64,000 nucleotides of DNA. It comes from a plasmid. The stretch lies in sequence record NZ_CP019209.1, one strand, 5' to 3'. Shown in pieces: positions 48,133-58,827 of the stretch. The position numbers were made by a program, and so were the translations under genes. The notes under the pieces are model-generated. The model searched no databases. It was not told the origin of the DNA and saw only the letters and a list, made by a program, of their open reading frames with translations. Each line of letters opens with the position of its first letter. Within the stretch, counting starts at the first letter, position 1.

Positions 48133-48262
48133 AATATTCTGAGTTACTGAAATGATATAAAATCATAAACTAAATCCCTTGATTTTATTGACTTTCAAAA
48201 GTTTATATATATAAGTTAATGATTATGGTAAAATATATATATAATCATGAACTCAGAATATT
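48133..48262. repeat. Perfect 13-bp inverted repeats (AATATTCTGAGTT / AACTCAGAATATT) flanking a 104-bp promoter-like segment upstream of a small tyrosine recombinase gene
   Basis: Arms at 48133-48145 and 48250-48262. The intervening sequence contains TTGACT and an extended -10-like TGGTAAAAT. Confidence 0.4.
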
Positions 48263-48284
48263 TTTAAGAAGGGAAACAATAGTG

Positions 48285-48836
48285 AGCTATAATGTACAAC
48301 CGTTAAGGACAAATGAAGAGATACAAGATTTTCAGTTTTGGCTAAGAAGAACAAGTAATCCAGAAAGAGATAGTTTTTTATTTTTGTTTGGAATCAATAA
48401 TGGGTTACGTATGTCAGATATTATAGGATTAAAAGTTGGAGACATACGAGGTAAAAGTAAGCCCATTATTGTTGAACATAAAACAGGTAAGCGAAAACCG
48501 ATTTTTATAGATAATTTGAGAGAAGAGATTTTATTATATACTGAAGGTAAAGAAGAAAATGATTGGTTATTTCCAAGTCGGCAACAAGGTCGACATATAA
48601 CAAGGGATCGTGTCTATCAGATATATGCAGATATAGCAGAAAAATTAGGAAGAGATGATATAGGAACACATACATTAAGAAAAACTTTTGGGTACCACTA
48701 CTACAAGAAAACTAGAGACATTGCTACCTTAATGTTTATTTTTAATCATAGCTCGCAAGCAATTACAAAAAGGTACATTGGTATAACTGAAGATGAAATA
48801 GGGGCATCGTTACGTGGTTTTAAATTGGGAGGCTAA
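48285..48836 (+). CDS. Small tyrosine recombinase (about 184 aa, catalytic domain only)
   Basis: …HTLRKTFGYHYY…NHSSQAITKRYIG… catalytic motifs; paralogous in architecture to 42398-42988. Start taken at the GTG at 48285, which has a ribosome-binding site (AGAAGGGAAA). The ORF-track start at 48219 overlaps the inverted repeat. Confidence 0.6.
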   Translation, partial: SYNVQPLRTNEEIQDFQFWLRRTSNPERDSFLFLFGINNGLRMSDIIGLKVGDIRGKSKPIIVEHKTGKRKPIFIDNLREEILLYTEGKEENDWLFPSRQQGRHITRDRVYQIYADIAEKLGRDDIGTHTLRKTFGYHYYKKTRDIATLMFIFNHSSQAITKRYIGITEDEIGASLRGFKLGG

Positions 48837-48891
48837 TTGAGATATTAGGATATATTTTTTGTGTATAATGAAAACTTAGAAGGTGAGATTA

Positions 48892-49644
48892 ATGAAGATA
48901 ACTGAATTTTCGGAAGTATTTAAAACGTTTAGTAACATTTACAATAGAATACCAGAGATAGAACAAAATGTTGTAGTTGATAATGATTATTATATAGAGA
49001 ATGATTTTAATAAACCAAGAAAATATGACAACCTATACAATTTTATACACAATAGAACAACAATAAATAACAACAGTAACACTCGAGTTTTGATTAATTC
49101 AGCATATTTTCATATTAAATATTTAAAGAAATATGAGTATGAAGAAGTTGTATTAGATTATGGGCTAAATAGACAGTCATTTTTAATTTATGCAATAAAT
49201 AACGGAAATTTGCCAAGTAATAAAAAGAACAAAATTATTGAAACATATGCCTATCTGGAGGGGGGATCTAAAAAACTAATTAAGTCATGTAATATAGAGT
49301 ATCAATTATCAGTAGGAGAAATTAAATGTGTTTTCGAAGAAGATTTAGAACTTGACTTAAAAAAAATTATTGCCAGCATTCATGATTATATAGGTTTGAT
49401 TTATAAAATTATTGAGGATCATAAACAAACTGAACTTAATATGTGCTATTTTGATAGAGAACAAGATTTTTTTTGTTATGGTGGAATGGGTGGAGGATCT
49501 ATTGTTCCAAAGATAAATTTAGTAGAGTTAGATGTAAATAATTACAGGGAATTATATGTTTTTAATAGTTTAGATTTTGAAATACCTATGAAACAGATGA
49601 AAAATATTGACATACATATACTGCCAAGTGAGTCGTGCCAATAG
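48892..49644 (+). CDS. Hypothetical protein (about 250 aa), very AT-rich, unknown function
   Basis: Long ORF in an AT-rich island, with no recognisable motif. Its stop overlaps the next ORF by 10 bp. Confidence 0.35.
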   Translation: MKITEFSEVFKTFSNIYNRIPEIEQNVVVDNDYYIENDFNKPRKYDNLYNFIHNRTTINNNSNTRVLINSAYFHIKYLKKYEYEEVVLDYGLNRQSFLIYAINNGNLPSNKKNKIIETYAYLEGGSKKLIKSCNIEYQLSVGEIKCVFEEDLELDLKKIIASIHDYIGLIYKIIEDHKQTELNMCYFDREQDFFCYGGMGGGSIVPKINLVELDVNNYRELYVFNSLDFEIPMKQMKNIDIHILPSESCQ

Positions 49645-49919
49645 AATATTCAATCGAATATTTTTACAAAGGTAAAAAAATAAAAAAATGTGACAAGTGT
49701 TTTGAATCAGCTGTGGTAAAGGTTCCTCAATTTAAACTAAATCCAGCTGCCTCGATACAATTTCAAGGACATGTATTTGATGTTTTAGCTAAAGATAACA
49801 TAAAAAAATACAAAAAAGGTAATATATTCCATATTGATATACAAATATCTTCTAATTTAGAAGATATAAAAAAAGCCTTTAAAATTAAAACAATTGGCAC
49901 TGCTTCTAATTTTAAATAA
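49635..49919 (+). CDS. Hypothetical small protein (94 aa)
   Basis: Overlaps the upstream gene as in an operon. Contains a C-x-x-C pair (KCDKCFES). Unknown family. Confidence 0.3.
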   Translation: MPIEYSIEYFYKGKKIKKCDKCFESAVVKVPQFKLNPAASIQFQGHVFDVLAKDNIKKYKKGNIFHIDIQISSNLEDIKKAFKIKTIGTASNFK

Positions 49920-50067
49920 CAAAAAAATTACTAGATAATCTAAAAACAGGATGGCATTATGAGAACAATAACTAAACTTCCTATATCACATATTTTGTAA
50001 TTAGTGAAAAGCAAATTGACTACTATCATAAGTTAATGACTCTCATCTTAATATTTAAAATATATTC

Positions 50068-51109
50068 ACCCGTGGTGCTAGTTAATTTTAATATCCTAAA
50101 GAATATCTCAAAGTTCCTTCAAAACGTCGTTGTGCTCGACTTAATAGAGAACACTGTAAGCCAGTAATATGCTTTCAAATCTACTCTCTAGCCCTTTAAC
50201 AGAACGTGAGTTGAAATTTTGACAACCTAATTTTTCTAAGGAAGAAAAAACAGTCTCAACTGTTTTTCTTTGTTTTCCAAGTAAGCTGTGGTCTAGTTTT
50301 TCTGATTTATCCATGTTTTTACGTGGCGGAACGGATATAGTAATGCCCATAAGGGCAAGCTTTTCATGGATTTTATGGCTAATATATCCTTTGTTCCCTA
50401 GGATATTGGGAAGATTCGCTTCTTCCGATAAAGTCTCTAACACTTTCACGTCATGGACACCTGGATTCGTGATTGAGTAAGTAATCGGAAAGCCAGTCTT
50501 AGTAACGATCATATGAATTTTAAGACCATAAAAATAAGATTTTTTTGTTGAGTTATAGCCAACTTTGGTTATTTGATTCAATAGTTTTGCTTGTCTATTT
50601 CTAACTGGTTTACATAATGGACTAGGAAAACTATCTATAATTCCGACTAGTTCACCTTTGGTGAGCTTCTTGATGAAAAAGTATCGAATAATCTTGATAG
50701 TGTAAGCTAAGTTTGAACTTAAGCGAGTGAATCGACTCCTACTAGGAAAGTCACCATTAGGAAATAAGACGGAACAAACCGCTCTATACGTGGCTCTTTG
50801 GCTAGTATAGCCATTAATTATGCCCCATATAACACAAGCAATAATCACTGTATCGCGTTGCTTCAGTTGATCAGTATTTCTTCGGTTTTTAATCTTATCT
50901 GGTACACAATTGTGGTATATGTTAGAAACAGTTCTCATAATTTCCTTGAATGTTATAAAAGTATCTGTATAATGTTCAGTATATTTTGATGAACGCATAT
51001 GTAGTCCTCATTTCTTGGGAGTTTTGAGACTACTATATGCGTTTTTTTGTTGATTTACCAACATGTTTAGACATTTTCCTCTAGGAAAAAATTAACTAGC
51101 ACCACGGGT
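50068..51109 (-). mobile_element. IS982/IS4-like insertion sequence, copy 2 (transposase C-terminus frameshifted)
   Basis: Same 22-bp inverted repeats as copy 1. A 2-bp insertion near the 3' end (TTAATAGAGAACACTG versus TTAATAGAACACTG) changes the last 20 or so residues. Confidence 0.7.
50141..50998 (-). CDS. DDE transposase (IS982/IS4-like), C-terminally frameshifted
   Basis: 285 aa, identical to copy 1 over the first 280 residues. Confidence 0.65.
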   Translation of the reverse strand: MRSSKYTEHYTDTFITFKEIMRTVSNIYHNCVPDKIKNRRNTDQLKQRDTVIIACVIWGIINGYTSQRATYRAVCSVLFPNGDFPSRSRFTRLSSNLAYTIKIIRYFFIKKLTKGELVGIIDSFPSPLCKPVRNRQAKLLNQITKVGYNSTKKSYFYGLKIHMIVTKTGFPITYSITNPGVHDVKVLETLSEEANLPNILGNKGYISHKIHEKLALMGITISVPPRKNMDKSEKLDHSLLGKQRKTVETVFSSLEKLGCQNFNSRSVKGLESRFESILLAYSVLY

Positions 51110-51142
51110 TATATTCATATTTTTCTATTTTATCTAAATGCG

Positions 51143-52480
51143 ATTTTCATGAGAGTGTAAAATATTTTGTGTAAATAGAAAAAAGGAAGTCCCTTCTGTA
51201 GAATAGAGTTACCACAACACATTCACAGAAAAGAGGACTTCCATATGAACGATTTTACTACAGAAATTCTAAAGACTCTAGCGAACAAAGGCGATTTGAA
51301 TGAATTATTCCGTGTCCATTTGGAAAAAGCTGTCAATACGCTTCTCAAAACGGAGTTAACGGCTTTCCTCGATTACGAAAAGTACGATCGCATTGGTTTT
51401 AACACGGGTAATTCTCGTAACGGCTCCTATGACCGTACGGTCAAGACCGAGTACGGGGAACTTCATCTCCAGATTCCGCGCGACCGCAACGGCGAGTTCA
51501 AGCAACAGACTGTTCCTGCTTATAGACGGACGAATGATACCTTAGAGGAGACCGTCATTCACCTCTTCCGAAAAGGTATTACCATGTCGGAAATCGCAGA
51601 CTTGATTGAGAAAATGTATGGGCATCACTACACGTCCCAAACCATGTCCAATATGACTAAATCATTTACGGAAGAAGTCACTTCATTTAAGGAACGTGAG
51701 CTTCATGACCGTTATGCCGCTATTTATATGGACGCAACCTATATCCCTTTAAAGCGGAAAACCGTCGCCAAGGAAGCTATTCATATCGCAGTTGGCATTC
51801 GCCCGGACGTATCAAAGGAAGTATTGAGCTATGCGATTGCACCGACTGAATCCATCACGATTTGGGAGGAAATTTTATTGGACCTTCAAGAGCGCGGTTT
51901 GAAAAATGTCCTCCTGTTCATCACGGATGGCTTAAAGGGGATGGTAGGAGCGATTAGTCGGTTCTATCCCTAAGCTCGTTTTCAACATTGTTGTGTACAC
52001 GTTTCCCGTAATATCAGTCACAAAGTGCGTGTCAATAATCGTAAGGAAGTCTGTGATGATTTTAAAATGGTGTATCAAGCCTCATCTAAAGAGGTGGCGT
52101 TGGAAGCACGTGGTGCTTTTGCGAAAAAATGGAAAACCAGTTATCCAAAAATGGTGGAATCGATCCTTTCGAACGATTACCTGCTCACTTTCTATGATTT
52201 CCCCTTGGCCATACGCAAGAGTATTTATTCTACGAACTTGATTGAATCCTTTAATAAGCAAATCAAGAAATACAGCCACCGCAAGGAACAGTTCCAAAAC
52301 GAAGAGTCGATGGAACGTTTCTTAGTCTCGTCTTTTGATACTTACAACCAAAAATTCCTAGGTCGCAGTCATAAAGGCTTTCAACAGGCCGAAGGCGAAC
52401 TTGAACAAATGCTGAGTCAACCGATGGAGAATTAGAAACGATCTACAGTAGGGAAGAACCATTTACACAAAATTATTGAC
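51143..52480 (+). mobile_element. IS256-family element with a frameshifted transposase
   Basis: Shares the left end GTAAAATATTTTGTGTAAATAG with the element at 43741. The transposase is split into 51245-51973 and 52025-52435. Confidence 0.55.
51245..52435 (+). pseudogene. IS256-family transposase, frameshifted
   Basis: Two consecutive ORFs in different frames together cover a protein homologous to 43842-45011. Confidence 0.7.
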
Positions 52481-52853
52481 GCTCCCAAATGTTTGGATTT
52501 ACCTTATAGATATAAAAAGAAACAAATCATTCTGCAGGAATCGATTACTCGATCCCTGCTTTTTTTAACTTCCTTTGCAGCAAAAAAAGCTCGTAATCTA
52601 AGAGATGATGGATAGTTTTTAGAATATATATATTTTCTTCAATTCCAGAAAAAAATGACCAAGCTAGTATGCTAAAAAAGTACGATGCTTCTATGATCTT
52701 TTTTCCGTCTTTATTAACAGATGTTTTAATTGATCAACGCATATTGTAATCTACCCTAATTTCCATAGTTCTTCACCACTTTTAAAAATAGTAAAACCCC
52801 TACAAGTATGCTATAGTAAATTGCTAAAGAAAAACCAATAAGGTGGGAGATGT

Positions 52854-54053
52854 ATGCGCGATCAAACAAGCGGAAAAATGATTCGTTTTTATTATACAAG
52901 TTTGCAATTTCTCTATTGGATGATGTTTTGTTCTGTCTATGGGTTTGCGACATTGTTTTTGATTTATTTCAAGATTGATCCAGCTAAAATCGGAGGGATC
53001 TTAGCATTGGTCAATATTGTTTCAACGGTGCTTCAGCCTTTTATCAGTCAAGTGATCATCAAGAAAAGAAAGATCCCACTGATCACCGTGCTGAAGACGA
53101 TGATAGCAGGATTAGGAGTGATTCTCTTAGCTGGGGTATTGATTCCGAATTTGCCGATCATTACTTATATCTTGGGTGGGATTTTAGTAGTTTCTATGCA
53201 ATCATTTCTCAATGCGCTGGCATTTGAGTATTCAAATACCGGCTACAGGATCAACTTTGGCTTTTCAAGAGCTGGTGGTTTATTTTCTTATGCTGTAACT
53301 TCTTTTTTACTGGGACAGCTGTTAGCGATTTATTCTGCCGCGAATTTGCCGATCTTGGTTATAGTTGAAGCAGTGATATTTTTCGTTATTTTGCATCTGC
53401 TGCCGGATGTAAAAAATCAAGAAGTTTTTCCTATGACAAAAGAACAGGATCGCTCAGTTTCTTTGAGAAAAAAATATCCTTTCCTGATTTTGTTATTTTT
53501 AGGTTTCAGTTTTCTTTTTACTTTCCACACCATGATCAACAGTTTTTTGGCACAGATCTTTGAAAACATCCACGGTGGCAGTAAAGAAGTCGGCATCGCA
53601 TTGATGATCGCCGCTTTATGCGAATTACCGGGAATGATCTTTTTTGAACAGCTTGTCAAAAAGAAATCCAGCAAATTTTGGCTGTCTATTGCCAGTATTT
53701 CATTTGCTGTCAGAGGATTCATGATGCTGCTGGCCGGTTCGATCTTGATGATGGAAATGACGCATCTCCTGCAAGCCTTTAGTTTTGCTTTGTTTATTCC
53801 AGCTTCAGCTTATTTATTCAATCAATTTCTGGCGGATGACGACCGTGTATTTGGACAAACGATGATCATTATCGCCACAACTCTTGGTGGGGTGATAGGA
53901 AATGTCTTGGGCGGCAGTCTGCTGCAGCATTTCGGTGTATGGGAGATGCTGATTTTCGGTACTGGTTTTGCGGTGCTAGGTGCTTTATTAACTATTTTGG
54001 GCATTCGAAAAATACCGAAGACAGGAAACGATAGTGATTCTCTTGTTGAGTAG
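52854..54053 (+). CDS. Major facilitator superfamily (MFS) transporter
   Basis: About 12 predicted transmembrane helices in a two-times-six arrangement typical of MFS. Confidence 0.65.
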   Translation: MRDQTSGKMIRFYYTSLQFLYWMMFCSVYGFATLFLIYFKIDPAKIGGILALVNIVSTVLQPFISQVIIKKRKIPLITVLKTMIAGLGVILLAGVLIPNLPIITYILGGILVVSMQSFLNALAFEYSNTGYRINFGFSRAGGLFSYAVTSFLLGQLLAIYSAANLPILVIVEAVIFFVILHLLPDVKNQEVFPMTKEQDRSVSLRKKYPFLILLFLGFSFLFTFHTMINSFLAQIFENIHGGSKEVGIALMIAALCELPGMIFFEQLVKKKSSKFWLSIASISFAVRGFMMLLAGSILMMEMTHLLQAFSFALFIPASAYLFNQFLADDDRVFGQTMIIIATTLGGVIGNVLGGSLLQHFGVWEMLIFGTGFAVLGALLTILGIRKIPKTGNDSDSLVE

Positions 54054-54248
54054 CATAAAAATACTTAGATACTAGTTTTATATAAATAACATATAGTGAT
54101 TATTGGTGTAATTACAAAAAACGAGAATAACTTAAGTAAGCATTTCTAAATAATTGAGAAACCTCATCTAAAAAGATAAGAAAATATCCCTAATAAAACT
54201 TCTGTAACATTTTAGATAACTGATTGTAAGCTGAATAATAAACTATAA

Positions 54249-54278
54249 GGAGACGGTTAGACGGTCTCCTTTTTTTGC
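54249..54278 (+). terminator. Rho-independent terminator
   Basis: GGAGACGGTTAGACGGTCTCC followed by TTTTTTT. Confidence 0.6.
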
Positions 54279-54587
54279 GTATTATAATTCTAGAATTGTT
54301 GGAAATTGATAATAATTAACAAGAAATATTAGACAGGAACTTCGAACTGCTTATCACATTCTTATTATTATATATTTGCGTAAGTAGTCCTGGTAGTCTC
54401 AATGCACTATTCTATCTTGAAACTAAGAAGTTATAGAAGGAGCAATGATAGAAAGCACGAGAATACAAATAGCGATTAAATATTTTTCTAGACAACCTTA
54501 GTTAATTCACACTGGATAGGCTACAATTAACTAGACAGAAAAATTAAGGTGTGTAGACTAGAAAAAAACATACCAGGAGGAATTTTT

Positions 54588-54878
54588 ATGTCTAAGAGAA
54601 CACGAAGAACTTTTTCACAAGAATTCAAGCAACAAATCGTCAATCTTTACTTAGCTGGAAAGCCACGTGTAGAAATCATTCGAGAATATGAACTAACGGC
54701 TTCAGCATTTGACAAATGGGTAAAGCAATCTAAAACGAGTGGTTCATTCAAAGAAAAAGATAATCTTACGCCTGAACAAAAAGAATTGTTAGAACTACGT
54801 AAAAGAAACCAACAATTAGAAATGGAAAATGATATTTTAAAGCAAGCAGCGCTGATATTCGGACGAAGAGACAAGTAA
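54588..54878 (+). CDS. IS3-family OrfA (IS150 group-like)
   Basis: MSKRTRRTFSQEFKQQIVNLYLAGKPRVEIIREYELTASAFDKWVKQ… HTH plus leucine zipper. Confidence 0.75.
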   Translation: MSKRTRRTFSQEFKQQIVNLYLAGKPRVEIIREYELTASAFDKWVKQSKTSGSFKEKDNLTPEQKELLELRKRNQQLEMENDILKQAALIFGRRDK

Positions 54879-54879
54879 T

Positions 54880-55750
54880 CGATGCGAATAAGCATCTTTA
54901 CCCTATATCAGCGATGTGCAGAATATTAGGTCTATCACGTCAGTCCTATTATTATCAATCAAAACCAAAGAAAGACGAATCAGAACTTGAATAAGTAGTC
55001 GCTGAAGAATTTATCCGCAGCCGAAAGGCCTACGGCTCAAGAAAAATAAAAAAAGCCTTATCAAAACGAGGCATTCAGATCAGCCGACGAAAAATTAGTA
55101 GAATCATGAAAAATAGAGGATTAAAATCGAGCTATACTGTTGCTTATTTTAAAGTACATCATTCTACTTGCAATGAAGCCAAAACGACAAACGTATTGAA
55201 TCGTAAATTCTTAAGAGACAACCCATTAGAAGCGATCGTAACAGACTTGACTTATGTACGAGTCGGGAAAAAATGGAATTATGTCTGTTTCATTTTGGAT
55301 CTGTTCAATCGAGAAATTCTCGGCTATTCTTGTGGAGAACATAAAGATGCCGTTCTAGTAAAAAAAGCATTTAGCCGTATCAAACAACCTCTGACAGAGG
55401 TTGAGATTTTTCATACTGATCGTGGAAAAGAATTTGATAACCAAGCTATTGATGAATTATTAACAACTTTTGACATCAATCGATCATTGAGTCATAAAGG
55501 CTGTCCTTTTGATAATGCCGTAGCTGAATCAACTTATAAGTCGTTGAAAGTAGAATTTGTCTATCAATACACATTTGAAACCTTACAACAATTGGATTTG
55601 GAGTTATTTGACTATGTCAATTGGTGGAACCACCTTCGGTTGCACGGTACACTTGGCTACGAGACACCGGTTGGTTACCGTAACCAGAGATTGGCGCAGC
55701 GAATCCTTGATAATGAGCTCGGATGTGCTAACGCTAGCGAGGCAGTCTAA
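54880..55750 (+). pseudogene. IS3-family OrfB (DDE integrase domain) with an in-frame stop
   Basis: …IVTDLTYVRVGKKWNYVCFILDLFNREILGYS…HTDRGKEF… DDE motifs. A TGA at about 54990 splits the frame; the ORF track reports only 55106-55750. Confidence 0.65.
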
Positions 55751-55916
55751 CTTTAACTGTTAGCTCCTGCCGAAGATCGTCACATCCGAGGAGGCTCATT
55801 GTCAAGGACAATCGGAATAGCATACGGAAAGAAGTTCTGCACCTTATAAAATTTGTCAAAAAAACTGTTGCCATTCCACACAGATATATTTTAGGTACAG
55901 TCTTACAGATATAGAG

Positions 55917-56675
55917 TTAGTGCTGTGTGAATCCTGATGTTCGCAGTGCATAGGAGTCAAGTAAGATTCTAGCCAGTATAGAAAGTGGAAGTCTGGAGCG
56001 TACCTCATAATCTGGGAAGAAGGAGCCTTCTGATTTAAAGCCAACAAAAGGAATCTCGATATGTTCCATCAAACTTGAATGACGATTAGCAGTAAGCAAA
56101 ATTGTCCCGATCTCAGCTTTATAACAGTTTTCAGCTGCGGTAATCAATTCCTTTGTTTCACCGTTTAGTGAAACAAAGATCACGATGTCATCTTTGGATA
56201 ATTTTCTACTAATGTTTTTTATGATATTGGGATCAGTATGCATCTCACAATATTTACCGGTAAGTTGAAATTTGACCATCATTTCCTGAGCAATCAATTC
56301 TGAAAAACCTCGGGCAAAAATCATGATTCTTCTAGCAGCCTTGATTCGTTGAATAGCATCTTCAATATTCCCGCTTTCTACCATATTGATGGTGCGGATT
56401 ACCTCTTGCTCATTTTTAAGAATAGCAGTCTTTATTCCTTCATCAACTTTATCAAGAGCGGCAAAATTGATATTTGTATTTTCTTTTTCTTTTAACGAAT
56501 GTTTAAAAGACGTAAACCCCTCATATCCTTTTTTCTTCATAGTACGAACGACGGTTGCTGTTGAAACGTTGGCATATTCACTTAGTTTTACAATGGAATA
56601 GGAGGGGATTTCGAGTATGTGACTTTGAATAAAATCCCAGAGATATTTCTCCGATTCACTTAATTTTGTATCCAT
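55917..56675 (-). CDS. RpiR/MurR-family transcriptional regulator (HTH plus SIS domain)
   Basis: N-terminal HTH (…SIVKLSEYANVSTATVVRTMKKKGYEG…) and a C-terminal SIS domain. Confidence 0.75.
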   Translation of the reverse strand: MDTKLSESEKYLWDFIQSHILEIPSYSIVKLSEYANVSTATVVRTMKKKGYEGFTSFKHSLKEKENTNINFAALDKVDEGIKTAILKNEQEVIRTINMVESGNIEDAIQRIKAARRIMIFARGFSELIAQEMMVKFQLTGKYCEMHTDPNIIKNISRKLSKDDIVIFVSLNGETKELITAAENCYKAEIGTILLTANRHSSLMEHIEIPFVGFKSEGSFFPDYEVRSRLPLSILARILLDSYALRTSGFTQH

Positions 56676-56746
56676 ATTTTGCCTCCGATTAGTTAGGATA
56701 ATTCTATTGTAAAGCGGGAGTTTCCTTTACTTCAAGTTTATTTAAT

Positions 56747-57787
56747 ACCCGTGGTGCTAGTTAATTTTTTCCTAGAGGAAAATGTCTAAACATGTTGGTA
56801 AATCAACAAAAAAAACGCATATAGTAGTCTCAAAACTCCCAAGAAATGAGGACTACATATGCATTCATCAAAATATACTGAACATTATACAGATACTTTT
56901 ATAACATTCAAGGAAATTACGAGAACTGTTTCTAACATATACCACAATTGTGTACCAGATAAAATTAAAAACCGAAGAAATACTGATCAACTGAAGCAAC
57001 GCGATACAGTGATTATTGCTTGTGTTATATGGGGCATAATTAATGGCTATACTAGCCAAAGAGCCACGTATAGAGCGGTTTGTTCCTTCTTATTTCCTAA
57101 TGGTGACTTTCCTAGTAGGAGTCGATTCACTCGCTTAAGTTCAAACTTAGCTTACACTATCAAGATTATTCGATACTTTTTCATCAAGAAGCTCACCAAA
57201 GGTGAACTAGTCGGAATTATAGATAGTTTTCCTAGTCCATTATGTAAACCAGTTAGAAATAGACAAGCAAAACTATTGAATCAAATAACCAAAGTTGGCT
57301 ATAACTCAACAAAAAAATCTTATTTTTATGGTCTTAAAATTCATATGATCGTTACTAAGACTGGCTTTCCGATTACTTACTCAATCACGAATCCAGGTGT
57401 CCATGACGTGAAAGTGTTAGAGACTTTATCGGAAGAAGCGAATCTTCCCAATATCCTAGGGAACAAAGGATATATTAGCCATAAAATCCATGAAAAGCTT
57501 GCCCTTATGGGCATTACTATATCCGTTCCGCCACGTAAAAACATGGATAAATCAGAAAAACTAGACCACAGCTTACTTGGAAAACAAAGAAAAACAGTTG
57601 AGACTGTTTTTTCTTCCTTAGAAAAATTAGGTTGTCAAAATTTCAACTCACGTTCTGTTAAAGGGCTAGAGAGTAGATTTGAAAGCATATTACTGGCTTA
57701 CAGTGTTCTATTAAGTCGAGCACAACGACGTTTTGAAGGAACTTTGAGATATTCTTTAGGATATTAAAATTAACTAGCACCACGGGT
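56747..57787 (+). mobile_element. IS982/IS4-like insertion sequence, copy 3 (intact), between the rpiR gene and the tagatose PTS operon
   Basis: Same 22-bp inverted repeats and a 302-aa transposase. It occupies the whole divergent intergenic region. Confidence 0.75.
56859..57767 (+). CDS. DDE transposase (IS982/IS4-like)
   Basis: 302 aa, near-identical to copy 1. Confidence 0.7.
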   Translation: MHSSKYTEHYTDTFITFKEITRTVSNIYHNCVPDKIKNRRNTDQLKQRDTVIIACVIWGIINGYTSQRATYRAVCSFLFPNGDFPSRSRFTRLSSNLAYTIKIIRYFFIKKLTKGELVGIIDSFPSPLCKPVRNRQAKLLNQITKVGYNSTKKSYFYGLKIHMIVTKTGFPITYSITNPGVHDVKVLETLSEEANLPNILGNKGYISHKIHEKLALMGITISVPPRKNMDKSEKLDHSLLGKQRKTVETVFSSLEKLGCQNFNSRSVKGLESRFESILLAYSVLLSRAQRRFEGTLRYSLGY

Positions 57788-57891
57788 TATTTAATATATT
57801 TTGTAAAAGTTTTCAATGAATTTAGTCATTTATGAAAACATTTACATTCGATCTTGATACATAATGAATATGTAAGAAAGGAGGAGCGTAA

Positions 57892-58827
57892 ATGTCAGTT
57901 TATACATGTACTTTAAACTTGGCAATCGACCTTTTTATCGAAACAGATGAAATGAAACCATCCCAAGTCAATCGAACAAACGATTATGATATACAAGCTA
58001 ATGGAAAAGGGGTGAATGTTTCATTGATCATGAAGCAATTAGGTATCGATAGTACAGCTTTAGGATTTAAAGCAGGTTTTACCGGGAATTATATTGAGGA
58101 TTATTTGCATCAAAAAGATATTAGCACTGATTTTATTAGCGTACCGGGAATGACTAGAATCAACGTTTTTACACAAGTTAATAAAACCAATGAAGAATTC
58201 AAATTGGTTAATAAAGGACCTGAGATTCCTCAGGAACAAATCAAAACTTTTCTAAATCAAATACAAAAGCTGCAAGCTGACGATTATTTGTGTGTTTCTG
58301 GCAGTTTGCCGCGAGGGGTCTCACCCGAAATTCTTATTAATATCAGTCGTATTTGTTTTGAAAATAAGGTCCATCTGATTATTGATTCAAGCTATCCGGA
58401 AATAATTGATTGTCTGCCGTATCAGCCGTTCTTATTAAAACCAAACGAGGAGGAATTGCAATCTTGGTATAATGTCGAGCTTAGTGATCGTGAAGGATAT
58501 ATTCATTATGCTGAACGCTTGATTGCCGATGGAGCGAAAAATGTTCTCCTTTCTCTAGGAGGAGAGGGAGGAATATTTTTAAATAAGGATATCGTTTATT
58601 CTGGGAATTCTCCTAAAGGTAAAGTAGTCAATACAGCGTGTGCTGGTGACACTTTGTTGGGAACATTTCTTGCAGGATATTTAAAAGGTGAACAGGTAGA
58701 TATTAATTTGAAGAAAAGTTTAGCAGCTGGAAGTTCAACCGCTTTTCGTAAAGGATTAACAGATTTTTCGGATGTTGCAGAGTTGGAAAAACAAATCGAA
58801 ATCAAAGAGGGAGCGAGTAAAAAATGA
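57892..58827 (+). CDS. PfkB-family 1-phosphofructokinase / tagatose-6-phosphate kinase (LacC/FruK-like)
   Basis: …ANGKGVNVS… and …ACAGDTLLGTF… are the PfkB signature. Its stop overlaps the PTS EIIBC start. Confidence 0.75.
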   Translation: MSVYTCTLNLAIDLFIETDEMKPSQVNRTNDYDIQANGKGVNVSLIMKQLGIDSTALGFKAGFTGNYIEDYLHQKDISTDFISVPGMTRINVFTQVNKTNEEFKLVNKGPEIPQEQIKTFLNQIQKLQADDYLCVSGSLPRGVSPEILINISRICFENKVHLIIDSSYPEIIDCLPYQPFLLKPNEEELQSWYNVELSDREGYIHYAERLIADGAKNVLLSLGGEGGIFLNKDIVYSGNSPKGKVVNTACAGDTLLGTFLAGYLKGEQVDINLKKSLAAGSSTAFRKGLTDFSDVAELEKQIEIKEGASKK

